Positions 33,934 through 44,761 of a stretch of DNA of 64,000 bases are shown piece after piece. Origin of the DNA: an uncultured Chloroflexia bacterium. GTDB lineage: Bacteria; Chloroflexota; Limnocylindria; Limnocylindrales; CSP1-4. A program made the translations under genes and the position numbers. Under the pieces are notes generated by a model. It saw only the letters and a program-made list of their open reading frames with translations, had not been told where the DNA came from and ran no database searches. The stretch spans positions 224,001 to 288,000 of the forward strand of contig CAVXPZ010000001.1 in NCBI GenBank assembly GCA_963763775.1, read 5' to 3'. Each line of letters begins with the position of its first letter. The stretch's first letter is position 1.

Positions 33934-35285
33934 TCCGGCGGTACACCCTCGCCGAGATGGGCGCGATCTGGTCCGAGGCGGCCAGGTTCGAGGCGATGCT
34001 CCGGGTGGAGCTCGCGGTGGCGCGCGTCCAGGCGGCGCACGGGCTCATCCCGGCCGATGTGGTCGCGCCGATCGAGGACCGCGCCCGGGTCGATGTCGAG
34101 CGGATCGCGGAGATCGAGCGGACGACCGATCACGACGTCATCGCGTTCGTGAGCCAGGTCGCGGAGACGGTCGGGCCTGAGGGCCGCTACCTCCACTTCG
34201 GCCTGACGAGCAGCGACGTCGTCGACACCGGCCTCGCGCTCCAGCTCCGCGGGGCCGGGGAGCGGCTCCTCGGCGATTGCGACCGGCTCCTCCGCGTCCT
34301 CATCACGCGTGCCCGGGCCGAGGCGGAGACCGTGATGATGGGTCGGACCCATTCGGTGCACGCCGAGCCGACGACCCTCGGGCTCAAGCTCGCCGGCTGG
34401 GCGTTCGAACTCGAGCGCGGCCGGACGCGCCTGGCGGCGGCCGTGGACGAGATCGGGACCGGCAAGATCTCGGGTCCCGTCGGGACGTACAGCCACCTCG
34501 GCCCGGAGATCGAGGCCGAGGTGCTCGCGGCCCTCGGGTTGCACGCGGATGCGGTCAGCAGCCAGATCGTCCAGCGCGACCGACATGCGGCCCTGCTGGC
34601 GGCCGTGGCGATCCTCGGCGGCTCCCTGGAGCGCTTCGCCACGGAGGTGCGGAACCTCCAGCACACGGAGATCGGGGAGCTGCAGGAGCCGTTCGCCGCC
34701 GGGCAGAAGGGCTCGAGCGCGATGCCGCACAAGCGCAACCCGATCCTGTCGGAGCGGATCGCCGGGCTGGCGCGCCTGCTGCGCGGGTATGCCCACACCG
34801 CGCTCGAGGACCAGCCGCTGTGGCACGAGCGTGACATCAGCCACTCGAGCGCGGAACGGGTCATCCTCCCGGACGCCACGATCGTGCTCGATTACATGCT
34901 CGTGAAGATGACCGGCCTCGTGGACGGCCTCGTCGTCCGGTCCGAGCGGATGCGCGAGAACATCGCCCGGGGCCTCGGCCTGCACGCGTCGTCACGGGTG
35001 CTCGTGGCCCTCGTCGAGACCGGCGGCCTGTCTCGCGAGGAGGCCTACGCCATCGTGCAGCGCGCGGCGTTGCGGGCGGCGGACGAGCGCGCGCCGCTCC
35101 GGGACCTGCTGGCCGTGGATCCGGCGGTCGCCCAGCGGCTCTCGCTCGTGCAACTCGACGCGTGCTTCGACGATGCCGCGTTCCTCCGCCATCGCCCGGT
35201 GATCATCGCCCGGCTCGACAGGCTCAGCGACGCGCTCGACGCGCGGACCGCCACCCGCCCGGCGACGGTGCCCGATGCTGGCTGA
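33930..35285 (+). CDS. purB: Adenylosuccinate lyase
   Basis: MIRRYT, HDVIAF, HFGLTSSD, GSSAMPHKRNP, WHERDISHSS. Confidence 0.96.
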   Translation: MIRRYTLAEMGAIWSEAARFEAMLRVELAVARVQAAHGLIPADVVAPIEDRARVDVERIAEIERTTDHDVIAFVSQVAETVGPEGRYLHFGLTSSDVVDTGLALQLRGAGERLLGDCDRLLRVLITRARAEAETVMMGRTHSVHAEPTTLGLKLAGWAFELERGRTRLAAAVDEIGTGKISGPVGTYSHLGPEIEAEVLAALGLHADAVSSQIVQRDRHAALLAAVAILGGSLERFATEVRNLQHTEIGELQEPFAAGQKGSSAMPHKRNPILSERIAGLARLLRGYAHTALEDQPLWHERDISHSSAERVILPDATIVLDYMLVKMTGLVDGLVVRSERMRENIARGLGLHASSRVLVALVETGGLSREEAYAIVQRAALRAADERAPLRDLLAVDPAVAQRLSLVQLDACFDDAAFLRHRPVIIARLDRLSDALDARTATRPATVPDAG

Positions 35286-36268
35286 GACCTACCTCCGGTC
35301 CGGCAAGGTCCGCGACCTGTACCGCCTCAACGACGGGCGGGTCGTGCTCGTCGCCTCGGACCGGATCAGCGCGTTCGACGTGGTGCTGCCGACCCTGATC
35401 CCGGACAAGGGCCGGGTCCTCACCGCCATCTCGCGCTTCTGGTTCAAGGAGACCGGCTCGATCATCGAGAACCACCTGCTCACGGCGGACGTCCGCGACC
35501 TCGAATCGACGCTGATCGGCGAGGTGGAGGCGAGCGGTGGGTCGGCCGCCGACCTCGGCTCGTTCGACGACCTGCGCGGCCGCGTGATGCTCTGCCGCTC
35601 GGCGTCGGTGGTCCCGATCGAAGCCGTCGTCCGCGGGTACCTGTCGGGCTCGGGGTGGAAGGAGTACCAGGCGAGCGGCACCGTCTGCGGCATCGCCCTG
35701 CCGAGCGGGCTCCGCGAGAGCGACCGGCTGCCGCAGCCGATCTTCACGCCGGCGACGAAGGCCGAGCTGGGCCAGCACGACGAGAACATCGACTTCGACA
35801 CGATGATCGACCATCTGGCGGCGTGGGAGCTCGACGGACGCGACGCCGCGGCCGAGGTCGCGGAGCGGATCCGCGACGTCAGCCTGCGGCTGTACGGGTA
35901 CGCGAGCGCCGTCGCCGCGACGGCGCGGCATCGTGCTCGCCGATACGAAGTTCGAATTCGGGTTCCCCGTCCCGGGCGAACGGTCCCGTCCGAGTGACGG
36001 CCTCATGCTCATCGACGAGGCGCTGACGCCCGATTCGTCGCGGTTCTGGGACGCCGCGACCTACGAGCCGGGCCGGCCGCAGGCGAGCTTCGACAAGCAG
36101 TTCGTCCGCGACTGGCTCGAGGCCCAGCCCTGGGACAAGACGGCCCCGGGTCCCGCCCTGCCGGACGACGTCGTCGATGGCACGCGTGCCCGCTACATCG
36201 ACGCCTACGAACGCCTCACCGGCGCCTCGTTCGAGCGCTATCTCCAGGAGGATGTCATCGCCTCATGA
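35275..36268 (+). CDS. purC: SAICAR synthetase (frameshift near 35926)
   Basis: [57 protein letters not shown]. Confidence 0.95.
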
Positions 36269-36549
36269 CCAGCTTCCGGTTCGCCGTCAACGTGCTGCCC
36301 AAGCCCGGCATCCTCGATCCGCAGGGCCGGGCGGTCGAGGGCAGTCTCGGCCATCTCGGGATCGACGGCGTCAGCGCGGTCCGCGTCGGGCGCCGGGTGG
36401 AGCTGACCGTCGACGCGCCGGACGAGGCGGCCGCCGAGGCGGTCGTCGACCGTCTCGCCGCGGAGCTGCTCTCGAACCCGCTCATCGAGGCGTATACCGT
36501 CGAGGCGGTCGGGGCGACGTCGTCCGTCACGGCGAGCCGGGCGAACTGA
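36265..36549 (+). CDS. purS: FGAM synthase subunit PurS
   Basis: [23 protein letters not shown]. Confidence 0.95.
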   Translation: MTSFRFAVNVLPKPGILDPQGRAVEGSLGHLGIDGVSAVRVGRRVELTVDAPDEAAAEAVVDRLAAELLSNPLIEAYTVEAVGATSSVTASRAN

Positions 36550-36551
36550 CG

Positions 36552-37292
36552 ATGGGCGTGCGGATCGGCGTCGTCGTCTTCCCGGGCAGCAACTGCGATC
36601 GGGACACCGTCCACGCCCTCGAGCTGGCCGGTGCGGAGCCCGTCGTGCTCTGGCACGAACAGGCGTCGCTCGACGGCGCGGCGGCCGTGGTGCTCCCGGG
36701 CGGGTTCGCCTACGGCGACTATCTCCGGGCGGGGGTCATCGCGCGGTTCAGCCCGGTGATGCGGTCCGTCACGGCCTTCGCGAACGACGGCGGACTCGTG
36801 CTGGGGATCTGCAACGGGTTCCAGGTCCTCGCCGAGGCCCACCTCGTCCCGGGGGCACTGCTGCGCAACGCCTCGCTGCGGTTCGCCGGCCAGCAGGTGC
36901 GGATCGCGGCCGAGCGGGTCGACACGGTGTTCACGCACGGCCTCGAGGCCGGCCGCCCGCTGCGGATGCCGGTCGCCCACGGCGAGGGCTGCTACTTCGC
37001 CGACGAGGCCACGCTCGACGACCTCGAGCGCGCCGGCGCGGTCATCTTCCGGTATGTCGATGCGGCTGGCCGCCCGGCCGGTCCCGAGGATCCCGCGAAC
37101 CCGAACGGCTCGCTCCGGGCCATCGCCGGGGTCGTCAACGCCGCGGGCAACGTCGCCGGGCTCATGCCGCACCCGGAGCGGGCGGCCGAGGCGATCCTCG
37201 GCTCCGACGACGGTGCCGGCATCATCCGGGCCCTCGTCGAGAGTGCCGCACGCGCGGCCTCCGACCAGCCGGTCGTCGTGGGCGCGCGATGA
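36552..37292 (+). CDS. purQ: FGAM synthase glutaminase subunit
   Basis: [45 protein letters not shown]. Confidence 0.96.
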   Translation: MGVRIGVVVFPGSNCDRDTVHALELAGAEPVVLWHEQASLDGAAAVVLPGGFAYGDYLRAGVIARFSPVMRSVTAFANDGGLVLGICNGFQVLAEAHLVPGALLRNASLRFAGQQVRIAAERVDTVFTHGLEAGRPLRMPVAHGEGCYFADEATLDDLERAGAVIFRYVDAAGRPAGPEDPANPNGSLRAIAGVVNAAGNVAGLMPHPERAAEAILGSDDGAGIIRALVESAARAASDQPVVVGAR

Positions 37293-39613
37293 CCCTCGCC
37301 GAGCGACCCGTGGAGCCGCTGCACCGCCGGCTGGGCGTCACCGACGACGAGCTCGACGCGATCCGCGACCGGCTCGGCGGCCGCGACCCCAACGACCTCG
37401 AGCTCGCGATGTTCAGCGTCATGTGGAGCGAGCACTGCTCCTACAAGAGCTCGAAGCCGCTGCTCAAGACGCTGCCGACCGCCGGCGAGGGCGTGGTCGC
37501 CGGCCCGGGCGAGAACGCGGGCGTCATCTCGATCGGCGACGGCCTGGCGGTCGCGTTCAAGATCGAATCGCACAACCATCCGAGCGCGGTCGAGCCGTAC
37601 CAGGGCGCGGCGACCGGGGTGGGCGGCATCCTCCGCGACATCTTCACGATGGGCGCCCGCCCGATCGCGATCCTCGACGCCCTGCGGTTCGGCGATCCGG
37701 CCGACGCCCGCACCCGGCACCTCGTCGACGGCGTGGTCCGCGGCGTGGGCGGCTACGGCAACTGCGTCGGCGTCCCGACGGTCGGCGGCGAACTCGTGTT
37801 CGACCCGACCTACCAGGGCAACCCGCTCGTCAACGTGATGGCGATCGGCCTCATGGAGGAGCGGCTCCTGACGCTCGCGGCCGCGCCGGGACCCGGCAAC
37901 CTCGTGGTGCTGTTCGGGTCGGCCACCGGTCGCGACGGCATCGGCGGCGCCTCCGTCCTCGCGAGCGCGACCTTCACCCACGACGACCCGTCCAAGCGGC
38001 CCTCGGTCCAGGTCGGCGACCCGTTCGCCGAGAAGCTGCTGATCGAGGCGAGCCTGGAGCTCATCGAACGCGGTCTCGTCGAGGGCCTGCAGGACCTCGG
38101 CGCCGGCGGCATCACCTGCGCCACGTCGGAGACGGCCGACCGTGCCGGGACCGGGATGCTCGTCGACCTCGACGCGATCCCGCGGCGAGAGCCCGGGCTG
38201 GAACCCTTCGAGGTCATGATCTCCGAGTCGCAGGAGCGGATGTGCGCCGCGGTCCTCCCGGAGCGCTGGGAGGACGTCCGCGAGGTCTGCACCCGCTGGG
38301 GTCTGCCGGTCGCCGTCATCGGCCGCGTCACCGCGGACGGGGACATCGTCGTCATCGACGGCGGCCTGGCCCCCGACGGCGGACCGAACCCCGGGGCCAC
38401 GGAACTCGCCCGGATCCCGGCGGCCGCGCTGACGAGTGACGCCATCGTCCACGCGCGGGTCGCGAGCCCGCCGACGCACCAGCGCCTCGCGCCCGCACCG
38501 GGCGCGCCGCTGGAGCCGGTCGACCGGCTCCCGGAGCGGGGGATGGACCCGGGGGCCGTGCTCCTCGCCCTCCTGGGCTCGGCGAATCTCGCCTCGCGGC
38601 ATCGCGTGTTCCACCAGTACGACTCGACCATCGGCGCCGACACGATCGCCGGGCCTGGCCAGGGGGCGGCCGTGATGCGCGTCAAGGGCACGACGAAGGC
38701 GCTCGTCGCGGCGACGGACGGGAACCAGGGTGTCGGCGCGGTGGACCCGTGGCTCGGCGCGGCGCTGTCGGTCGCGGAGGCGACCCGCAACGTCTCCATC
38801 ACCGGCGCCCGGCCGCTCGGCGTGACGAATTGCCTCAACTACGGCGATCCGACCCGGCCGGAAGCGTTCTGGCAGCTGACCGAAGGGGTCCGCGGTCTCG
38901 GGGATGCCTGCCGGGCGCTCGGGCTGCCCGTGACGGGCGGCAACGTGTCGCTCTATAACGAGTCGCCGACCGGGGCGATCGCCCCGACCCCGGAGATCGG
39001 CGTGGTCGGCCTCATCGAGGATGTCGCGACGCTGGTCGGCCCGGCCTTCGCGGCGACGCACGACGCCGTCGTCCTCGTCGGCGAGTCCGGTCCCGGCCTG
39101 GCCGGCTCGGCCTACGCGGCGCTCGCGGGCGCGGCGGTCGAGGACGGCCCGCCCGGCCTCGATCTCGCTCGGGAGGCGGCCGTCCAGGCGTTCGTCCGCG
39201 AAGCGATCGCGCGCGGGCTCGTCGCCTCGGCGCAGGACGTCTCGGGCGGCGGCCTCGCCGTCGCCCTGGCCGAAGGGGCGATGTGGGGCGATCTCGGGGC
39301 GACGGTCCGTCTCGCCGTCGCGAGCTCGCCCGCGGTCGACCTGTTCGGCGAGAGCCCGTCGCGTCTCGTGCTGACCTGTCGGCCGAGGTATGCCGCGGCG
39401 CTCGAGCTGCTCGCCCGGCAGTACGGTCTGCCCGTCGAGACCATCGGCACGGTCGGCGGCGATCGGCTCGTGATCGAGCTGGTCGGGGCGGGGGCGACCG
39501 GCGCGTCGGAGGAACGAGGGAGCCGGGTCGCCGACGCCCTCGAGGTCCCGCTCGCGGACATGCGGCATGCCTGGGATCACGGGCTCGGCCGCGCGCTCGG
39601 CTGGGAGGGCTGA
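37289..39613 (+). CDS. purL: FGAM synthase subunit PurL
   Basis: [49 protein letters not shown]. Confidence 0.97.
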   Translation: MTLAERPVEPLHRRLGVTDDELDAIRDRLGGRDPNDLELAMFSVMWSEHCSYKSSKPLLKTLPTAGEGVVAGPGENAGVISIGDGLAVAFKIESHNHPSAVEPYQGAATGVGGILRDIFTMGARPIAILDALRFGDPADARTRHLVDGVVRGVGGYGNCVGVPTVGGELVFDPTYQGNPLVNVMAIGLMEERLLTLAAAPGPGNLVVLFGSATGRDGIGGASVLASATFTHDDPSKRPSVQVGDPFAEKLLIEASLELIERGLVEGLQDLGAGGITCATSETADRAGTGMLVDLDAIPRREPGLEPFEVMISESQERMCAAVLPERWEDVREVCTRWGLPVAVIGRVTADGDIVVIDGGLAPDGGPNPGATELARIPAAALTSDAIVHARVASPPTHQRLAPAPGAPLEPVDRLPERGMDPGAVLLALLGSANLASRHRVFHQYDSTIGADTIAGPGQGAAVMRVKGTTKALVAATDGNQGVGAVDPWLGAALSVAEATRNVSITGARPLGVTNCLNYGDPTRPEAFWQLTEGVRGLGDACRALGLPVTGGNVSLYNESPTGAIAPTPEIGVVGLIEDVATLVGPAFAATHDAVVLVGESGPGLAGSAYAALAGAAVEDGPPGLDLAREAAVQAFVREAIARGLVASAQDVSGGGLAVALAEGAMWGDLGATVRLAVASSPAVDLFGESPSRLVLTCRPRYAAALELLARQYGLPVETIGTVGGDRLVIELVGAGATGASEERGSRVADALEVPLADMRHAWDHGLGRALGWEG

Positions 39614-39615
39614 CC

Positions 39616-41079
39616 ATGTGCGGCGTCTTCGGAGCGGTCCTGCCGAACGGCGAAGCCACCGATGCGGCCGCCCTTGCGACGCTGGGCCTGTTCGCCCTGC
39701 AGCATCGCGGGCAGGAGTCGGCCGGGATCGCCGTGAGCGACGGCGAGCAGCTCATGCTCTACAAGGACCTCGGGATGATCAGCACGGTCCTCGACGAGCG
39801 CCGCCTGCCGAGCCTCCGCGGGCGCCTGGCCATCGCCCACTGCCGCTACTCGACCACGGGCTCGACGATCTGGGAGAACGCGCAGCCGACCTACCGACGG
39901 GGCCCGCGGCGCGCGATCGCCATCGGCCACAACGGCAACCTCGTCAACACGCGCGACCTGCTCACGCAGCTCGAGGGCGGCCGGGCCCGCCTCCCGGCCT
40001 CGACCGACACGGAGCTCCTGACCGCGCTCCTCGCCGACGAGCCTGCGGCCGACACCGTCGAGGCCATGGTCCGCGTCCTCCCGCGCGTCAAGGGCGCGTT
40101 CAGCCTCGTCGTGCTCGACCAGCGCCGGGTCATCGGCGTTCGCGACCCGCACGGGTTCCGGCCGCTCGTCCTCGGACGGATCCCCTCGACGCCGGAGGTG
40201 GGCGGCCCCGACGACGGCCTGTGGGTCGACGACGACGCCTCCGCCGGCTGGTGCCTGTCGTCGGAGACGGCGGCGCTCGACATCGTCGGCGCCGAATTCG
40301 TGCGGGACGTCGAGCCCGGCGAGATCGTCATCCTCGAGCCCGGCCAGCCGCCTCGATCGGTCCGCTACGCGGCGGCGAACCCGGCCCTCTGCGTCTTCGA
40401 GTTGATCTACTTCGCCCGCCCGGACTCGTACATGGAAGGCCGCAACCTCTACGAGGTCCGCCGTCGGATGGGGGAGCAGCTGGCCATCGAGCACCCGGTC
40501 GACGCCGACCTCGTGATGCCCGTGCCCGACACCGGAGCGCCGGCCGCGGCCGGCTACGCCGAGGGGTCGGGCCTGCCGTACCGGGAGGGGATGTACCGCA
40601 ACCGGTATGCCGGTCGCACGTTCATCCAGCCGTCGAAGGGCCTCCGCCACCGCGGCGTGACGATCAAGCTCAACCCGCTGCGCGAAGTGGTCGCGGGCAA
40701 GCGGCTCATCGTCGTCGACGATTCGATCGTCCGCGGCACCACGACCAAGCGCATCGTCGAACTGCTGCGCAAGGCCGGCGCCACCGAGGTCCACGTCCGG
40801 ATCAGCGCGCCGCCGATCTACCACCCGTGCTTCTACGGCATCGATACCTCGATCGAGACCGAGCTGATCGCGGCCACCCATACGGAGGCCGAGATCCGGG
40901 AGTTCATCGGCGCCGACTCGCTCGGCTACCTCTCGATCCGCGGCGTGCTGGCCGCCCTCGACCTGCCGTACGACCGGTTCTGCTTCGCGTGTTTCGACGG
41001 CAACTACCCCGAGCCCGTCCCCTACGACGCCTCGAGCCGGAAGTTCATGCTCGAGGAGCCCGAACTCGCCCATGGCTGA
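39616..41079 (+). CDS. purF: Amidophosphoribosyltransferase
   Basis: N-terminal MCG, LQHRGQESAG, RYSTTG, VDDSIVRGTT, PCFYGID, FCFACFDG. Confidence 0.97.
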   Translation: MCGVFGAVLPNGEATDAAALATLGLFALQHRGQESAGIAVSDGEQLMLYKDLGMISTVLDERRLPSLRGRLAIAHCRYSTTGSTIWENAQPTYRRGPRRAIAIGHNGNLVNTRDLLTQLEGGRARLPASTDTELLTALLADEPAADTVEAMVRVLPRVKGAFSLVVLDQRRVIGVRDPHGFRPLVLGRIPSTPEVGGPDDGLWVDDDASAGWCLSSETAALDIVGAEFVRDVEPGEIVILEPGQPPRSVRYAAANPALCVFELIYFARPDSYMEGRNLYEVRRRMGEQLAIEHPVDADLVMPVPDTGAPAAAGYAEGSGLPYREGMYRNRYAGRTFIQPSKGLRHRGVTIKLNPLREVVAGKRLIVVDDSIVRGTTTKRIVELLRKAGATEVHVRISAPPIYHPCFYGIDTSIETELIAATHTEAEIREFIGADSLGYLSIRGVLAALDLPYDRFCFACFDGNYPEPVPYDASSRKFMLEEPELAHG

Positions 41080-41096
41080 GCGATCGGCGGCGCGGC

Positions 41097-41186
41097 GGCC
41101 CATCCCGGCGTTGGCGGCTGCGGGCGCTCGCTCACGCACCGCCAAGTGCGCTCGCTCGTGTCCTCGCCGCCGCCTTGGCCTGGGCC
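41097..41186. repeat. 90-bp imperfect palindromic element at the purF/purM junction
   Basis: Nested arms GGCCCA/TGGGCC, GGCGGC/GCCGCC, GGGCGC/GTGTCC and CGCAC/GTGCG around a CGCCAA loop. Confidence 0.6.
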
Positions 41187-42348
41187 ACCCCGCCCCCGTC
41201 GTCCCGATCGAGGCGACGCGCGGGCGGCGTATCGCGCGGCCGGGGTCGACGTCGCCGCGGGCGAGGAAGCCGTCGAGCGGATGCGCGGGCACGTCGAGTC
41301 CACGCGGCGACCCGAGGTCGTCGGGGGTCTCGGGGGCTTCGGCGGCGCGTTCTCGATCCCGTCGGGCTACCGGGAGCCGCTGATGGTCGCCTCGACCGAC
41401 GGCGTGGGCACCAAGACCGCGATCGCCGCCTCGGTCGGCCGCTTCGACACCATCGGCATCGACCTGGTCGCGATGTGCGCGGACGACGTCGTCTGCACGG
41501 GGGCCGAGCCGCTCGCGTTCCTCGACTACGTCGCGGTCGGACACCTCGATCCCATGGCGGTGGCCGAGCTCGTCGGCGGGGTCGCGGCGGGTTGTCGCGA
41601 GGCCGGCTGCGCGCTCGTCGGCGGTGAGACCGCGGAGCACCCCGGGCTCATGGACGCGGACGAGTTCGACCTGGCCGGGACCGCGATCGGCGTGGTCGAG
41701 CGGGACCGGGTGATCGACGGCCGCGCCACCCGCGACGGGGATGTGATCGTCGGGCTTGCCGCGTCCGGGCTGCACGCCAATGGCTACTCGCTCGTCCGCG
41801 CGCTCGTCGCGCGATGGGACCTCGACCTCGCCGACCCGTACCAGACGCGGCTGCGTCGGACGCTCGGCGACGCGGGGACGGATGCCGCCCTCACGGCCGC
41901 CCCGCACGAGGCGCTCGCGACCCTGGGCGAGGTCCTGCTCACGCCCACCCGGATCTACGCCCTCGCGGTCCTCGGGGTGCGGGACGCCCTCGTCGCGGCC
42001 GGGTCCGACATCCACGGACTCGCGCACATCACTGGTGGCGGGCTGCCCGGGAACGTGCCGCGCGCGCTCGGTCCCGACCTGGCAGCACGGCTGGACCCGA
42101 CCCGATGGCGCCTGCCGTCGGTCATGGCCTTGTTCGGCGGCCTCGGCGGCCTCGATGACCGCGAGCTCCGCTCGACCTTCAACGGCGGCCTCGGGATGGT
42201 GGTCGTGCTGCCCGCAGCCGCGGCGCCGATCGCCATCGGCGCGTTCGAGTCCCGCGGCATCGCCGCGTCCGTGGTCGGCGAGGTCGTCGCCGCGGCCGAC
42301 GTCGGCGGCGCCCGCTATGTCGAGGGCCCGCTGGGGATCGAGGCATGA
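41146..42348 (+). CDS. purM: AIR synthetase (true start uncertain; possibly ATG 41072 with a frameshift)
   Basis: YRAAGVD, GGFGGAF, STDGVGTK, GGETAEHPG, SGLHANGYSL, HITGGG, TFNGGLG. Confidence 0.94.
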   Translation: MRSLVSSPPPWPGPPRPRRPDRGDARAAYRAAGVDVAAGEEAVERMRGHVESTRRPEVVGGLGGFGGAFSIPSGYREPLMVASTDGVGTKTAIAASVGRFDTIGIDLVAMCADDVVCTGAEPLAFLDYVAVGHLDPMAVAELVGGVAAGCREAGCALVGGETAEHPGLMDADEFDLAGTAIGVVERDRVIDGRATRDGDVIVGLAASGLHANGYSLVRALVARWDLDLADPYQTRLRRTLGDAGTDAALTAAPHEALATLGEVLLTPTRIYALAVLGVRDALVAAGSDIHGLAHITGGGLPGNVPRALGPDLAARLDPTRWRLPSVMALFGGLGGLDDRELRSTFNGGLGMVVVLPAAAAPIAIGAFESRGIAASVVGEVVAAADVGGARYVEGPLGIEA

Positions 42349-44574
42349 CCGGAGACCGGCCGCGCGTCGCCGTGGGCGTGTCCGGCACCGGCTCGAACCT
42401 GCGAGCCCTGGCCGCGGCGGCCGGACGCGGCGAGCTCGGCGGCGACCTCGCGCTCGTGTTCGCGGATCGCGAGTGTCCGGCCCTGGCGTGGGCGGCGGAG
42501 CAGGGGATCGAGACGGCCCTGATCCCCGGCGGCGACGACGCGACCATCGCGGACGCGCTCGCCGGTGTCGCGCCCGACGCGGTCGTCCTCGCCGGGTACA
42601 TGCGGCTCATCGGGCCGGCGGTGCTCGCCGCCTACCCAGGCCGGATCCTCAACACGCATCCGAGCCTGCTGCCGGCGTTCCCGGGCGCGCACGCGGTTCG
42701 CGACGCGCTGGCGCACGGCGCGACCGTGACCGGCTGCACGGTCCATCTCGTCGACGCGACGCTCGACGGTGGGCCGATCGTGGCCCAGGAGGCGGTTCCC
42801 GTCGCCCCGGACGACGATGTCGCGAGCCTCCACGCCCGGATCCAGGCCGTCGAGCACCGGCTGCTGCCGCGGGCCGTCTCGCTGCTGCTGGCGGACGCCC
42901 TGCAGGTCGCCGACGACGGCCGCCGCGTCGTCATCGACCTGTCGCGAGCGGACGTCCGGGTCCCGGTCCCGCGGCGGGCGCTCCTCTCGGTCTCGGACAA
43001 GAGCGGGCTGGCGGACCTGGGCCGCGGCCTCGTCGCCCGCGGCTATCGAGCTCGTGTCCACGGGCGGCACGGCGCGGACGCTGCGCGACGCCGGTCTGCC
43101 CGTGACCGATGTCGCGTCGGTGACCGGGTTCCCGGAGATGCTCGACGGCCGGGTGAAGACGTTGCACCCACGGATCCATGCCGGCTTGCTCGCGGATCGG
43201 CGCCTCGAGGAGCATCGACGCCAGCTGCTCGCGGCCGCCATCGCGCCGTTCGACATCGTGGTCGTGAACCTGTACCCGTTCGCGGCGGCGCTCGAGCGGC
43301 CCGGCATCACCATCGACGAGCTGATCGAGGAGATCGACATCGGGGGCCCGTCGATGGTCCGGGCGGCGGCGAAGAACCACGCCAACGTCGCGATCGTGAC
43401 GTCGCCGGATCGCTACGACGACCTGCTGGCCGCCATCGATGCCGACGGCGGTCCCGGCGAGGGACTCCGCCGCCAGCTCGCCTTGGACGCGTTCGCGCAC
43501 ACCGCGGCCTACGACGCCAGGATCGCGGCGGAGCTCCCCGGCCGGATGGTCGGCGGCGGGTCTGCTGCCCGCCCCGGCCGACCCGTTCCCGTCGACACTG
43601 ACGCTGGCGCTCGAGAAGGTCGAGACGCTCCGCTATGGCGAGAATCCGCACCAGCCCGCCGCGCGATATCGCCGCCCGGGGACGACGCTCGCCGACGGGT
43701 TGTTCGGGGTGGAGCGGGCGCCGCTCCAGGGCAAGGCCCTCTCGTACAACAACGTCCTCGACGCGTCGGCGGCCTCGGCGCTCGGGCCGGGCGCTGCGCG
43801 GGCCGGGGGTCGTGATCGTGAAACACACGAACCCCTGTGGTGCCGCGGAGCGACCAACGCTGCTCGAGGCATGGTCGGCCGCGCTGGCATCCGACCCGGT
43901 GAGCGCGTTCGGGGGTGTGGTCGCGCTCACCCGCCCCGTCGACCGGGCCGTCGCCGAGGCCCTCGTCTCGATCTTCCTCGAGGTCGTGATCGCGCCCGCC
44001 GTGGACGACGACGCGCGGACCGTCCTCGCCTCCAAGCCCAATCTGCGCGTGCTCATCGACGAGGCGCTGGCCCAGGACGCGCCGGCCGGCCACCTGGACC
44101 CGACGGGCTCGATCCGGACCGCTGGCGGCACCTACCTCGTGAGCGTACCGGACGTCGCGACCGATGACGCCGACGCGTGGACGTGCGCCACACGACGTGT
44201 GCCGACCGACTGCGGAACTCCTCGACCTCGACCTCGCCTGGCGGCTGGTCCGAGGCGTGACGTCGAACGCGATCGTCCTCGTGAAGGACCGGCGCCTGGT
44301 CGGGATGGGGAGCGGCCAGACCTCGCGCGTCGACGCAGCCCGGCAGGCGGTCGCCAAGGCGCACGCGATGCTGGGGGCGAGCTCGACGCTCGGCGCCTCG
44401 TGCGGATCGGACGCCTTCTTCCCGTTCACCGATGCGGTGGAGGTCTGCCTGAGCGCCGGCGTCACGGCATTCGCCCAGCCCGGCGGGTCCATGCGCGACG
44501 CGGAGTCGATCGCCGTCGTGGACGCGGCAGGCGCCTCCATGGTCCTGACGGCGGTCCGCCACTTCCGGCATTGA
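42345..44574 (+). CDS. purNH: Fused GAR formyltransferase (PurN) and AICAR transformylase/IMP cyclohydrolase (PurH); frameshifts near 43045, 43560, 43788 and 44212
   Basis: [20 protein letters not shown] and DGGPIVAQ run in frame into [10 protein letters not shown]; then [57 protein letters not shown]. Confidence 0.9.
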
Positions 44575-44761
44575 TGGCCGGATCGCGCCAGCCGCCGATG
44601 GCACGATCGACCGGCTGCCCTCCACCGCGGTGCAGACCGCGATCGCGTGGGGGTATGGTCGCGCCGTGGTCTTCGCATCCCTCGCGGCGCTCGTCGCCGA
44701 GGCCGCCTTGTCGGCGGCGGTCAACGTCCGGTCCATGCAGCCCACGGCGGGAGACCGCCGC

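Noticed and set aside
31593-34985. Very long antisense or alternate-frame ORFs (1130 aa here; also 4655-7363, 36992-39580, 57232-61104)
   Set aside because: Shadow ORFs expected opposite real genes in high-GC DNA; Arg/Gly/Pro-rich with no domain motifs.
44630-44761. Hydrophobic N-terminal extension of the GT2 (start 44630 or leaderless GTG 44666)
   Set aside because: A TATGGT box precedes GTG 44666, but GTG 44762 has an SD and sits next to the domain start; unresolved, so not claimed.
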